Positions 1 through 14,030 of a stretch of 64,000 nucleotides of DNA are shown piece by piece. Each line of letters begins with the position of its first letter. Positions within the stretch are counted from its first letter, which is position 1. Both the position numbers and the translations under genes were made by a program. Source of the stretch: the human T2T-CHM13v2.0 reference genome, Homo sapiens; NCBI RefSeq assembly GCF_009914755.1, contig NC_060927.1; one strand, written 5' to 3'. The notes beneath the pieces were generated by a model. The model saw only the letters and a program-made list of their open reading frames with translations, was not told the origin of the DNA and did no database searches.

Positions 1-538
1 GGGTGGCATGTTAAATATTAAATATAATCAATCCTTCCCTCCCCTTGGAGTATTTTCTATACACTGAAGAGTATCTTTTAGTAATTGTGAATTTCTTTTT
101 TATCCCCACAAAGAGTTAGAGGGAAACCTTAGCAAAACCAGACATTGTGTATCAGTGAGTCCAATTGTCCAGTCTCATAGTCTTTATAACCCAGCAAACA
201 GGCCCAGTGAACAGGTGCTTGGAAGGGCAGAACATGGACTGCTTCAAACAATCAGAAATGCATCCAATAAGATATGAACTCCCACCATGGGAAATACGTT
301 TTTTAATTAGATTAAAAAAAAAACTGATGTAAGAAATTGGCAAAATTGTTGCTTCTGAAAAGGAGTGATAGCAAAAACTAAAACTAAAAATAAAATAAAA
401 TTTTTAAATATGTATCCATTCCTATGGTTTCCAAGTATTTTGATGTTAGCTTCTACCAGGACTGCCTGATATTTTTCTCATATATTTTCTTCCTTTATCT
501 TAGAGTGAATCTATTTGTCACACAGTTTATTGTTCCTG

Positions 539-618
539 TTAGGTTGGTGCAAAATTAATTGTGGTTTTCGCCATTAAAAGTAATAGTAAAAACCGCAGTC
601 ACTTCTGCACCAATGTAA
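539..618. mobile_element. MADE1 (Hsmar1-derived MITE)
   Basis: 80-bp near-palindrome TTAGGTTGGTGCAAAATTAATTGTGGTTTT...AAAACCGCAGTCACTTCTGCACCAATGTAA matching the MADE1 consensus. Confidence 0.9.
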
Positions 619-1482
619 TATTTCCCCTGGGATAAAACAGAGTTGGATGAATCAGGTGCTCACAGGCAAATCTCCCTGGAAGTTCCTACTTAGTTCTTCT
701 CCTCTGTCACTTTATATTTATTTGCAAATTGTCAAGCACCATTGGTTTATATTTGAGACACTTATGAAAATGAGAGATAAAGAATAATTTCAGGTAAAAC
801 TCTTCTTGGGCAACACAGATCTAATGTTTCCAATGAAATAATCACTTCCTGAAATGGAAAAATAAAATAGGAAGTCAAGAAAAAATACAGATTTCAAGAA
901 CAGCATGGGTTTAGCTTCAAGTTAAACAGAAACACTGATGCAGACAATACCAATCATTTGAGTCTTTTGAGATCTAATACAGAGCATCCAAAGGAAAGGT
1001 CTGATGAGGGAAAGAAAATCCAAAGCTTTGAAATGGTCAAAGTAGCTAGGTCTTGAAGTCAGATGCAAAGTTATAACATTCTAGAAAAATGTCCGGTCGC
1101 TTAAGTCTTAGATTCCATCAAAGTGATGACCAAATTTAGAGATGAATAACCGTACTTGGATCACTTAGCAGAAACAGCATTATAGGCCAACTTGGCTGGA
1201 AAAAAGCTCTCCATTATCAAGATCTGAGGAAGACCTCTGCAAATCCAGGTCTCCATCTCCCTGACAGCCTCCTTCACTTTCTAACAGCTCCTCGACCAAT
1301 CACTTCTCCTACATTCTAACCCAATGGCTCTCAACTCTTTAAAAAATGCAGATAGGTTTTAAAGTTTAGTGGAACCTAACATGACAGTAATTATATTTTA
1401 AATATCTGTTGGGTAAGAAAATGCATAGAAACAAAAACTTTTCAATTCACTATAAGATTTTCTACTTTATTAACCCCTAAAG

Positions 1483-1825
1483 CAGGGGTCCCCAAACCCC
1501 GGGCCACAGACTGCTACCAGTCCATGGCCTGCTAGGAACCCAGCCACACAGCAGGATGGGGGCAGTAAACTAGCATTACCTCCTGAGCTGGGCCTCCTGT
1601 GATATCAGCAGAGGCATTCAATTCCCAGAGGACCATGAAACCTATTTTGAACTGCACATGTTGGGGATCTAGGTTGGACACTCCTTATTAGAATCTAACT
1701 AATGCTTGATGGTCTGAGGTGGAACAGTTTCATCCTGAAACCATGCTCCCTGCCCCACTCAACCTCCTGGAAAATTTGACTTCCATGAAACCGGTCCCTG
1801 GTGCCAAAAAGGTTGGGGACCACTG
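1483..1825 (+). mobile_element. MER1B (hAT-Charlie), full length
   Basis: CAGGGGTCCCCAA...TTGGGGACCACTG termini; 8-bp TSD CCCTAAAG/CCCTAAAA. Confidence 0.88.
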
Positions 1826-2309
1826 CCCTAAAACATCTTCATTCAGTTAAAATTTTTCTGAGAGCCTACTATGTGCAACGCATTATTCTTAGCATTTGAG
1901 GTACAATTCTGCCCTTAAAATTCTCCTCCTTCCCTCCCTCCTTTCCATATCCTATCAGAAAAGGTCTGAACAAAATGGTTATTCTGATAGGAGAATTCTA
2001 AATTCTATTTGATGGGAGGGATGGGGGAGACAAGGAAGATGGAGGCAACTCTCCATTCCTCCTTGGGGTTGTAATTTTTCACCATGTGAACGCATTCATG
2101 AGTTACTCGTGTAATTAAAAATAAAAGATGGTAAACAGAGCATCTGTGTAAGAAATGTCTAGAAAAATAAAAAGTCCTTTAGAATTACTTCAAGGCCCTC
2201 TAAAAATGTGCCCAAATCCACATTGCACCCTGGGGTTCAGAAAGCAGTGGCTCTTGCAAATTGTTCATATCAATTCAGTTCAATTATCTGGTAGCAACAC
2301 TCAGGCAAG

Positions 2310-2420
2310 TACCATCTTTCTTTTGTTCATTCCTGTAACATCTATCAAGTACACAATACCTGGCATAAAACAAACACTGAATTAGGTAAATATTAAATGG
2401 CTGACTGAATGGATGACTGA
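2310..2420 (+). mobile_element. L2 3' end fragment
   Basis: TTGTTCATT...ATACCTGGCATA...AAATATT...TGAATGGATGA resembles the L2 3' terminus. Confidence 0.5.
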
Positions 2421-2521
2421 AGAATGCCTAGTTTCCTGCCTCAAGTACCGAATGCCTAACCATTTTCCTTCCATGGTGACTTCAACACACTCTCCAAAAC
2501 TCCACTCAAAAGATCATCTCA

Positions 2522-2523
<2 letters not shown>

Positions 2524-2564
<41 letters not shown>
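2524..2564. repeat. (TG)n microsatellite, about 20 units
   Basis: Uninterrupted TG run. Confidence 0.97.
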
Positions 2565-2565
<1 letters not shown>

Positions 2566-3221
2566 TTTTGTTGGCATCTAACTCATCTATGGTGAAAAAC
2601 ACAAATTTCATCTCTATAACCTCAACATTTTCTACTGATAAAGACATCCATGTAACCAACATGCAGATGAAGAGAGAGAGAGGACATTACCAGTACTCCC
2701 ACCACACTGCTTCAATATGGCCTTATTTTAATAACATCCTTGCCCATTTTTTTGTTTCTTTGTTTTCTGCTACTTGCAAAATCAAAGTATTTCACTTTGA
2801 ATAAGATAACAGCTAAATGAGCTGATTTTTTTTAACTAGAGTTAGCAAACATCTCTAATCCAGTAAAGTGATGTCAATTAAAAATAGTATTAGGAATCCT
2901 GCGATATTATAACAGCAGGTGACAATTTAACACTGTTTGGACTAAAATATTGTAGGTGAAATTTACTGTAATAGAGATTGTACATATGAAAAAATATCAA
3001 AGGTTTCTAATTTTAATACATTTTCCCTCAATGCTCAATGCTTAAATAATTTTCCTTTACATGCTTACTGACTATAAATAAAAGATAGACTTAAAATTTC
3101 CTAAAAGGAAATTTTAGATGTGATATTACATGACCTCTCTACATTCTCATCTTTAAATTATTCCCTGTGAAATCTTGTTCAATCCATCATTTGAGCATGT
3201 CAGCAGGAAAAATAATTTCTT

Positions 3222-3530
3222 TTTTGTTTTAATTTTAGGTTCAGGGGTACATATGCAGGTTTGTTATATAGGTAAACTCGTGTCATGGGAGTTTGTTGAA
3301 CAGATTATTTCATCACTCAGGTACTAAGCCTAGTATCCAACAGCTATTTTTCCAGATTCTCTCTCTCCTGTCACCCTCTACCTTCCAGTAGGCCCCAGTG
3401 TCTGTTGTTCCCCTCTCTGTGTCCACGTGTTCTCATCATTTAGCTCCCACTTACAAGTGAGAACATGCAGTATTGGTGCTGGAGGCCATTATGCTTAGCA
3501 AACTCATACAAGAAGAGAAAACCAAGTACT
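3222..3530 (-). mobile_element. Short older L1PA 3' end with 5' inversion (twin priming)
   Basis: Antisense L1 3'UTR 3222-~3477, then sense L1 piece GCTGGAGGCCATTAT...AAAACCAAGTACT; perfect 15-bp TSD GAAAAATAATTTCTT at 3207-3221 and 3531-3545. Confidence 0.88.
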
Positions 3531-4371
3531 GAAAAATAATTTCTTAAATGAATTTTGCATATGACAAAAGATCTCACACCTCCTCTAACTCAGAAACAAT
3601 AACACGAGTGCTTCAACAAAAATTGTAACCAAGATTCAGGAAGACTCCTTAAACCTTTAAGACAATCATGATAGATTAACAAGAACCTAGCACAAACTGA
3701 GGCATCCCTAAATTCCACTCTGCATCTTTCCAAGAGAAAACTCTAAGAACATTCAAGTCCCCTTTATAACACTGAAGAAATTCGAAAAACAAACATTCAT
3801 CTTACTGATGTAGAAGAACAGAAAAGCATCACACTATTAGCTCCTCCAATGGCCTGGCAGAGACCCTGCGTGGCACAAGCCACAAATAAGAACATTCTAA
3901 AGAATTAACCATTTTGCAAAACAGAACATTTCTCAGATGGCTTAGTAAAAAAAAAAAAAAACACACACAGTGACATCAGAACATTAAGAGAGGGGAGAGA
4001 TTTTCAGATAACATCACTGACTGGTATAAGCAATGTATTTATATCAATAAATTGATATAAATTTATTGGTATAAACTGATATATATAAATATTGATATGA
4101 ATTGATATAAATTACATTGATATTTATATCAATATGTTATACTGATATAAATTATATTGATATTATATTAATACATGTTATATACTGATATAAATTGATA
4201 TTTACGTTATTAAATCAAGTTTAGCCTAAAGCTGCCTCTTTACATATTTTAAATTTGGTCTAAAGGTTTTTCTGTACACATCATGAACTATAGCAAGTGG
4301 CAATGTAAACGGACCGTAGCCTACACTTGTGCCAATCACCAAGTTTTTCCCAATCAAATGTACCCAACTGT

Positions 4372-5790
4372 ACAGTAATCAAAACGGCATGGCACTGGTA
4401 CCAAAACAGGCACAAAGACCAATGGAACAGAATAGAGATCTCAGAAATAAGGCCACACATCTACAACCATCTGATCTTTGACAAACCGGACAAAAACAAT
4501 CAATGGAGAATGGATTCCCTATTTAATAAATGGTGCTGGTAGAACTGGCTAGCCATATGCAGAAAATTGAAACTGGAACCCTTCCTTACACCTTATACAA
4601 AAATTAACTCAAGATGGATTCAAGACTTAAATGTAAAACCCAAAACTATAAAAACCCTAGAAGAAAATCTAGGCAATATGATTCAGGATATAGGCATGGG
4701 AAAAGATTTCATGACAAAAACATCAAAAACAATTGTGAACAAAACCAAAAATTGACAAATGGGACCTAACTAAACTAAAGAGTTAATGTACAACAAAAGA
4801 AACTATCATCAGAGCAAACAGACAACCTGTGGAATGGGAGAAAATTTTTGAAATCTATCTATCTGACAAAGGTCTAATATCCAGAATCTATAAGGAACTT
4901 AAACAAATTTACAAGAAAAAACAAACAACCCCATTAAAAAGTGGGCAAAAGACAAGAACAGACACTTCTCAAAAGAAGTCATTTATGCAGCCAACAAACG
5001 TATGAAAAAAAGCTCAACATCACTGATCATTAGAGAAATGCAAATCAAAACCACAATGAAATACCATCTTATGCCAGTCAGAATGGCAATTATTAAAAAG
5101 TCAAGAAACAAGAGACGCTGGCGAGGCTGTGGAGAAACAGGAATGCTTTTACAGTGTTGGTGGGAACACAAATTAGTTCAACCATTGTGGAAGACAGTGT
5201 GGCGATTCCTCAAGGATCTAGAACCAGAAATACCATTTGACCCGGCAATCCCATTACTGGGTATATACCCAGAGGAATATAAATCATTCTATTACAAAGG
5301 TACATGCACGTGTATGTTCACTGAAGCACATTCACAATAGCAAAGACATGGAATCAACCTAAATGCCCATCAGCAATAGGCTGGATAAAGAAAATGTGGC
5401 ACATATACACCGTGGAATACTATGCAGCCATAAAAAGGAACAAGATCATGTCCTTTGGAGGGACATAGATGGAGCTGGAAGCCATCATCCTCAGCAAAGT
5501 AACACAGGAACAGAAAACTAAACACCGCATGTTCTCACTCATAATTGGGAGCTGAACAATGAGAACACATGGACACAGGGAGGGGAATAACACACACTGG
5601 GGCCTGTCAGGTGGGGGACAGGGGAAAGGAGAGCATCAGGATAAATAGCTAATAGATGCAGGGCTTAATACCTATGTGATAGGTTCATAAGTGCAGCAAA
5701 CCACCATAGCAAATGTTTACCTAGGTAACAAATCTGCACATCCTACACATGTATCCTGGAACTTAAAATAAAATATAAAGAAATTTTTTA
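4372..5790 (+). mobile_element. 5'-truncated L1PA (ORF2 C-terminal region plus 3'UTR), degenerate
   Basis: ORF fragments [65 protein letters not shown] are L1 ORF2; TSD AAATGTA(C/G)CCAACTGT at 4356-4371 and about 6110-6125. Confidence 0.95.
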
Positions 5791-5821
5791 AAAATTAAAA
5801 ATTTTTTTCAAAAATATAGCT

Positions 5822-6112
<291 letters not shown>

Positions 6113-6439
6113 TGTAGCCAACTGTTTGAACTGTGTTTTAATAGGGCAAACGCCGAGCTGTAACCAATTCAACTGTTACTGTACCTCACTTCCGTTTTCT
6201 GTACGTCACTTTCCATTTTTTGCCCGTAAGTCTCCCACCACATAACTGCGTTGGAATCTCGGAAACTTCTCTGGCTCAGATGGCTGTCCAGTTCCCCAAT
6301 CATTCATTGCTCAGTTAAACTCCTTTAAATTTAATTCTGCTGGAGTTTTTATCAATATCAATTTACTGATACAAATGAATTGTGCACACCAATCAGTGAT
6401 GTCATCTGAAAATTAGTTTATATCAAACTGATCTAAATA

Positions 6440-6586
6440 TACCATGCCTGGACCCTGTCCACTAGATGCCAGTAGCACACCCCATAGTTTGTGACTATAA
6501 AAACTGTTCCAGACATTCCAAATGTCCCCCTTGAAGAGGGGAGGGAGGAGACAGTGCAATAACCATCCATCATTTGAGAACTACTG
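6440..6586 (-). mobile_element. MER20 fragment (hAT-Charlie)
   Basis: CCACTAGATGCCAGTAGCAC...CCAGACATTCCAAATGTCCCC...TTGAGAACTACTG. Confidence 0.8.
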
Positions 6587-6639
6587 ATTTATACTGATGA
6601 CATAGTTGATGATGATAACGATGGAAACATCATCATAGC

Positions 6640-6822
6640 AATAAAATAATAAAAACAATTTCCTCCTATTCAGTACTCTACTCAGATGCTATGCCAAGTA
6701 CTTTATATACACTTTCTTCTGTAAGACCACCCTATGAGACAGGTATTCTAATTTTCCACATTTTATAGTAAAGAAACTGAGGCTCAGGAAAGTTAAATGC
6801 CCTATTTAAGGTCACACAGTAA
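6640..6822 (-). mobile_element. MIR
   Basis: Core CATTTTATAG..AAGAAACTGAGGCTCAG..AAGTTAA..AAGGTCACACAG. Confidence 0.8.
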
Positions 6823-6827
6823 GATGC

Positions 6828-7201
6828 TGTCCTAATCTGTTCCTGTTGCTATAACAGAACGCCTTAGACTGGGTAATTTGTAAATAACAGAAATTCACTT
6901 CTCCCAGTTCTGGAGGCTGGGAAGATCAAGATCAACATTCCAGCAGATGTGGTGTCTGGCAAGGACTTCATCTCTGCTTTCAAAACAGAGCTTTCTTACT
7001 GTACATTGACATATAGGAAGGACAAAAAGGGACCGGCTTTCTCTTCAACCTCTGTTTATAAGGACACTAATTCCACTCATGAGAGCTCCACCCTCGTGAC
7101 TTAATCACAGCCTAAAGGCCACACCTCTTAACACTATCACATTGGCAATTAAGTTTCAACACGATTCCGGGGCAGGAGAGGGACACTTTCACACCATAGC
7201 A
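6828..7201 (-). mobile_element. MLT1A-type MaLR LTR
   Basis: TTGCTATAACAGAA..TTAGACTGGGTAATTT..CAGTTCTGGAGGCTGGGAAG..CAAGATCAA..ACCATAGCA. Confidence 0.8.
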
Positions 7202-7429
7202 GAGGGTGACCAGGGGTTCGCAAACAAGCCTAACTTACAAGTTCATAATTTTAACTAACATGCTATATATTGCCATCTCCACCACACAGAGAATTATGAG
7301 AGTGCTCTGGGAACCCAGCAACCGGCTATTCCAAACAGAAGTAAATGGAGAACACAGTACCCAAAAGATACAACAGATAATGTCTGGTAGTGAGTGAAGT
7401 AGGCCGCCACCAGACTGCAAATGCTCATC

Positions 7430-7600
7430 TTCCCTATTAATAACATGTGCTTTAAACACAACGTGATAATCCTCAGAGCAACCTCTCAAGATAGATACCA
7501 GTATCTCCATGTTACGGATGAGAAAACTGAGTACAGAGCGATTGAGTAAATTATCCAAGATCACAGGGCTGTTTTTTCTGATGGAGCCAAGATTTAAAAT
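7430..7600 (-). mobile_element. MIR (continues after the Alus at about 8210-8250)
   Basis: ATGAGAAAACTGAG..AGTAAATTATCCAAGATCACA core. Confidence 0.7.
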
Positions 7601-7607
7601 GAGACCC

Positions 7608-8204
<597 letters not shown>

Positions 8205-9647
8205 TAAAATGAAACTGGTCTGACTGCTGAGCCTCATTTACTTCCAGCACAATGATTTTATGGGTCAAGGGACAATATTAATGTAAGCAGCCAGCACGCT
8301 CTCAGCAGGAACTGACACAAGTTACATACCCGTGGGACCCACTGCATGATGAGACCTTCACGACACCAACAGAACTCCAACATCATTCTCCACCCACCTC
8401 ACAAATTGGGGACCATTCTGCTCTTCCGTCACTCAAGAGGACTTGCACAGCACACAGGACCTACATGGGTCTCAGCTTTTTATATCTCATTTTAAGTAAA
8501 AGCAGATTTTTTTAAAGTGCATTCTCCTCTTACAAGAACATTAATTAACTTCTCAGCTAAAACTCTGCTGGGAAATGTGAGGTACAGCAATGATGTGTCT
8601 CCATGGGTAATCTAAAAGGGAAAGGAAATAAGGGGAGATTTACGCTGGGAAAATGAGAGTAATACTCAGAGTGTGAATAATCTAAAGTACAGACATTTAA
8701 TCTGAGAGAAATATTTGGATATTGGGAATTCCAAAGGAGAACTCAGCCAATGATTATGGTCCACAGGGCCCATGGGTAGGTTATTAAGAAATGCATTTAC
8801 ACTGAAATACTATGCTACACACAGACAGCAGAGCAGCGTAAAAAGGTTTCACACAGCATTCCCAGCACAGACAGTGACGATGTGCTCTAATAACTGGGAT
8901 AACTGCCCACGGTGGGACCCTAAACTTGTTTCCGGACACTTCAGCAGGTCAAGTGTAGAAGAAAAATTTAAGACCACTAGGACATGGTAACAGTTGTCAC
9001 CATTTCCAAGGGGAAGCTGAAAAAGAAGGTGAGAAAACTTTATGTAAAACTTTATCAAGATGACAGAAATTCAGTTCTCCAACGTCATCCATTTCAAGTT
9101 CCTATAGAAATAATACTGCTTACCCAAGTCAGAGGACTGGAGCCAAGAAAGGTGACAGAGAAGAGAAATGAATGGGGTGGGAAAGAACAATTTAAATTAC
9201 AGGTCTTCCAGAAATACCTTCTACCCAGTCCCACCATCCTGCAGAAATCCTGAACAATCAAAAAACTTTCAGCTGTGATGGAAAACTCAACTCAAACTAA
9301 AGATGGGACGCTCTCATTTACTGGCCTAGTGACATGGCCAGCCCTGGAGCCCTGAGGCCAGGGAGAAGGTCAGTTGCCCAGATAAAAAGTGGCGCCCAGT
9401 TACCAAAGGAAGGGAAATGGATATTATGCAGGCAAAACAGATACACTGGACATTCCATTCCGTTTTGTCTTGCACAGAAATTAATGACTCCTGTCCAGTT
9501 CCTCTTTCTACAGGAGCTCACAATCTGTCTTCAAAATTCACCTAGGCTCCTTTCCTCTCTAGTGCCCTGCTATACACCCCCATTCTGAATTCCCCACCCC
9601 AACTCTTCTCCCACTGCTGCTCCTACACACACAACCTCACATATATC

Positions 9648-9777
9648 CTCTCTCTCTCTCTCTCCCTCTCTCTCACACACACACACAGACACACACTTCT
9701 CTATCATTTTCTTTTATTTCAGGACTTATTTACCAAAGTATCATGGTTTCAAGTATGACAGAACTATGAGCCAGTAC
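9648..9777 (+). repeat. Copy 1 of local duplication: (CT)n(CA)n plus about 82-bp unique flank
   Basis: Direct match to 12103-12257. Confidence 0.92.
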
Positions 9778-11149
9778 ATGAATTTATCCATCAAAAAGTG
9801 CTATCAAAATCTTTACCTATAATTTCACATATTAGGTAAAGCCATTTTAACTCAAAGAAATGCATGCTAATGGTGGAATTTTAGATACTTTGGCACATTG
9901 GGCAAGCCCAAGAGGACCCTTCTCCCAAAGACATTCAATTCATGCCACAGAGAGAGGCTGCCTATGAAGTCTAACTAGCAGAAGGCCTCTCTCTTTTATC
10001 CAGTCTCTATCCCATACACCCAAACGGCTCATGAATGTGGCAGTAATGCCTCTACCCAGAAAAGTAATTCAGTACTTCCAAAAGGTTATTTTAAGACAGA
10101 CTGTTAAATGAAACATGAGTAATTCCATTACAGTGTTGATTAGGAACACAAGTCAGAAACTGCTCCAGACAAGAAACTCGTAACCACAACAACAAATGGA
10201 AAACGAACTCCAGCGTGGCTCCCTGGAGAGAATCGAATGAACTGATGGGTGTTTTCCTTCTCTTATTTCCAAGGATCTAATAAAGGTTTCATCTCTGTCA
10301 GGAATGGTGGGAGTCTATCGCCGGGGAAGATGATGGCAGCTCTCCCTTGGAGCTCTTGCATTTCTGCAATCAGCCAGCGAGGGAAAGCCCGCACTCCACA
10401 AAATGCAAGGAGTAGAATCCCTCCCCAGGTCTACTGACTTTCAACTCCAGCAACCTATTTAGGTCCCTTCATGGTGCACACACACCTCGTAATTGACTTT
10501 GTTTTGTTATTTGTGGACACATTTAGCTCTTTCCTCTTTCTCTTCCATGAGATTACATATTTCAGGAGGGCTCCAGGCAGTACCTTCATTACCTTGCAAG
10601 TACATGGCATATAGTAGGTACTTAATACATGTTTGTTGGGATAATTAATCTGCTGATTTCTAAACAAAAGATTGATAAACAATTGAATGAATGGTCACAC
10701 ATGGACAAACGAAAGCACACTTGCCTTCTCAATCAAGTATTGAATGTTAGGTTCTGAAAACTAACTATAGAAAATACAGTATCAAAGTATGTATACAGAA
10801 AAGCCAAAAACTGCCACACAGCCTTCATTATTTTCCTACAGGCAACTTCATAGGATAATCCTTGCATCTTGGCTCTTCAACATTTGAAGAGCACCTATTG
10901 TGATAGCAACGTCTTATCACCCAGCCTCTACTGACATGAACAAACAATGAAAGACTATATTCACTGACATTCCCCGGTAAGAGGCTAGGAGACTAGTGTC
11001 TAAATGTTGGGTTGCTTTTTTTCTTATTCCATTAGACATTTTTAGATTCTCAGCCAAGCCCAGAAGCCAACCCTCTTCTTGGGAAGCTTCCTGCCAGATC
11101 TCCATGGGGAGCCCCCAGGCAGCCATATTTGGACTGGGAATCCAACCTC

Positions 11150-11525
11150 CACTCATCGACCAAGAGCAGTCACCTGACTCATGCTTGGCAAAGCAGAGTC
11201 TCTTTCTAAGGAAATGTGGAGCTATGACTGAGAGCCAGCTAGTCAGTCTCTGTGGGTTCCTGAAACTGCAGAACGAGCTAAGGGTTATTCATGTTTTCTT
11301 TCACATGAAAGCTGGGCTGCAGAGAAAGAGATAATGTAGCAAAAATAAATAAATAAATACACAAACAAAAAAAAAAACAAGAAAAGCAGAGCCAAGACAG
11401 AGAGGTAAACTGATAAACTTTCAGGTCCATTCCTAAGTACCAGTCCATTCTTGCCCAAGTGGCATGAGCTAACCCTGTAGCTTTATTATAAAGAATCCCC
11501 CCTTGTTCTTTTACTTAAGCTAGTC
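11150..11525 (+). mobile_element. Old ERVL LTR (LTR33/LTR16-like)
   Basis: GTCACCTGACTCA..GCAGAGTCTCT..AAT..GGAGCT and 3' CCCCCTTG..TTACTTAAGCTAG resemble ERVL LTRs; highly diverged. Confidence 0.45.
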
Positions 11526-11598
11526 ATTACCAGCTAGTTGATTATAAATAACATGTATAATCTAATTTCCTGAGAATTTTTAAATCTTTTGTATGTTT

Positions 11599-11600
<2 letters not shown>

Positions 11601-11641
<41 letters not shown>
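11601..11641. repeat. (GT)n(GA)n compound microsatellite
   Basis: Seen directly. Confidence 0.95.
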
Positions 11642-12102
11642 CGTGCACTCGCAGCTATAAACACAAAACTATTTCTTTTTGCGCAAACTCCCACAAAAAC
11701 TCGGCGGGAGAGGAGGTAATCTCATGATCTCTGCATTAAGCCAGCCTGAAATTGATCTGTGTCTCTCCGTAACTCAAAGCCAAGCTATTTAAATAGCTCT
11801 CAGGAAACGCTTTTTCCCAGACACCAGACACATAATAAATACTTTTTTTAAGTGTAGGAAGAAAAGAATAATATACCACCAACCTGACTAATCTTATCAC
11901 ATTCCTGACTCAGTACAGATGCAACATAAAGGCTGGCACAAAGCGGGTATTCTAAAAATGTTAATTGTTGCTGTTATTGTTATTATTTACCTGTTCCTGG
12001 CCCAGTGCTCCCCAGCAGGGCTAGCATGATGGGGGCACACACTGCTGTGACCCTAAATACATTACGGTTGAAAAAATTACAGGATTTTATAATTTTATAA
12101 AA

Positions 12103-12162
<60 letters not shown>

Positions 12163-12257
12163 GCACACACACACTTCTCTATCATTTTCTTTTATTTCAG
12201 GACTTATTTACCCAAGTATCTTATGGTTTCAAGTTTGGCAGAACTACAAGCCAGTAC
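12103..12257 (+). repeat. Copy 2 of local duplication
   Basis: 5 substitutions and a 2-nt indel versus copy 1 in the unique part. Confidence 0.92.
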
Positions 12258-12377
12258 TGAGCAAGGACCGAATAAAATTATAGGATCATTATAAGAGTTA
12301 GCAATGATACATTCTATGTTCCAAAGAAATGCTAGACCACATTAAATCAATGATATAAACTGACTGGTTAAAGTTAG

Positions 12378-12382
<5 letters not shown>

Positions 12383-12411
<29 letters not shown>

Positions 12412-12694
12412 GAGACAGAGTTTTGCTCTTGTTGCCCAGGCTGGAGTGCAATGGTGCAATCTCAGCTCACCGCAACCTCCGCCTCCTGGGTTGAAGCGAT
12501 TCTCCTGCCTCAGCCTCCAAGTAGCTGGGACTACAGGCATGCACCACCACACCCAGCTAATTTTTGTATTTTTTAGCAGAGATGGGGTTTCTCCATGTTG
12601 GTGAGGCTGGTCTCAAACTCCTGACCTCAGGTGATCCGACCGCCTCAGCCTCGCAAAGTGCTGGAATTACAGGCTTGAGCCACCGCGCCCAGCC
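12383..12694 (-). mobile_element. AluS
   Basis: Long poly-T plus antisense Alu dimer; TSD-like TAGTT(T/C)AC. Confidence 0.95.
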
Positions 12695-13259
12695 TAGTTC
12701 ACATTTTCTAAAAGAAAAAAAAAAAAGTCAATTTCTTTTTTATTAAAGAGAAGCAACATAAAAATACACAGTCACAACAGCATTCAAGGAAACGAAACCA
12801 TCTTCATTCTTCTGAAAGAATCCAAAAGGAGTGAGAGGTGAACATGGCATTTGCACATATACCTGAACTGACTTCCAAGCTATCCTCTTTGTCTCACCAA
12901 GCGCCGCACCCCCATTTCTCCCAGCTTGTTCATGAATCTAGCATGGATTGGGTGAGGCCTGTAACAACTGAGGCTCCTTTTATTGTTCACTCCTCAACTG
13001 GCTGCTCCAGGAAATCCTACAGCATGGCAAAACCATCCTTAAGCAAAAGCTAATGGAAGGCAATTTGGGGGAAAAGGAAGAAAACAAGGAAATAGGAAGG
13101 AGATGCGAATTATGAAAAAAAATGACCATTAAGAAACAAATCAAATGGACAAAATGAGCTTCTATTTAGGGCCTATGAAATTAGCAACTACTCAGAAAAA
13201 ATATATACTACATAGTAATGGTGGGGATATAGAAAAAGAGCAGTCTCAGAGTTGACTAT

Positions 13260-13520
13260 GGGTAAGTAACTTGTTTCAACCTTTCTGGGAGGAATTTTAG
13301 CAATGCACATCTCTTTAACATATGTATCATCTTTGACCCAGCCATTCCACTTCTAGAAATTTATCCTACAGAAATAATGAGAAATACGCAGAATGCTTAG
13401 GGTACACAGATGTTTAGAACAATTAAAGTCATAAAATGGTATTTATAATAGGGAGATAATGGTGCCAATCTAAATGTTCCATATTAATGGAGTGGTTCCC
13501 TGAAATATAACACACATAAT
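13260..13520 (+). mobile_element. L1ME-type fragment
   Basis: TTTGACCCAGCCATTCCACTTCTAGAAATTTATCCTACAGAAATA is typical of old L1M 3' regions. Confidence 0.7.
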
Positions 13521-13899
13521 TAAGTCCAGGGTTCTTCAAACTTTATTCTGAAAAGCTCAATGAGTCTCTCGGACATATCTAAAGGTACCTTGCAGGAGTA
13601 ATGAATGAATCCCAATAGACAGGTCTTGCTCCCATTCATCCCAGACTTAGCCATCCTCATAAAATTATGGGTACGGAAATGATGCTACTGCTTAAGCAGC
13701 AAACACAAAATGGTTAGATGCTAAGGACTATTATGCAGCCATTATAAATCATGTTACATAAAAATATACACAAACTAAAAAGAACAAGTGGCACCCCAGT
13801 ATCTAGTAAGCTTCAGAGGAGATCGGGTCTTTAGTAGCTGCTAAAGATATAGATTACTCTGCCAGACACAGGGTGTCTCATCACTAATAAACTCCTAAT

Positions 13900-14030
13900 A
13901 GTGGGTATCCTTCTTTCATATTCATCTACATAAAACAGTCATGATAAAATTCATTCTCTAAGGTGGTAGTAAAAATTAGTTGAGATGATGCATGTAATGG
14001 TGTTTACCTCAATGACTGGTACACAATACT
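13900..14030 (+). mobile_element. MIR fragment
   Basis: TCATCT..AAAA..GATAA..GGTGGT..TGAGATGATGCATGTAA..TGGTACACA. Confidence 0.55.

Noticed and set aside
4327-5340. L1 ORF2-like ORFs
   Set aside because: Broken fragments of a 5'-truncated, inactive L1
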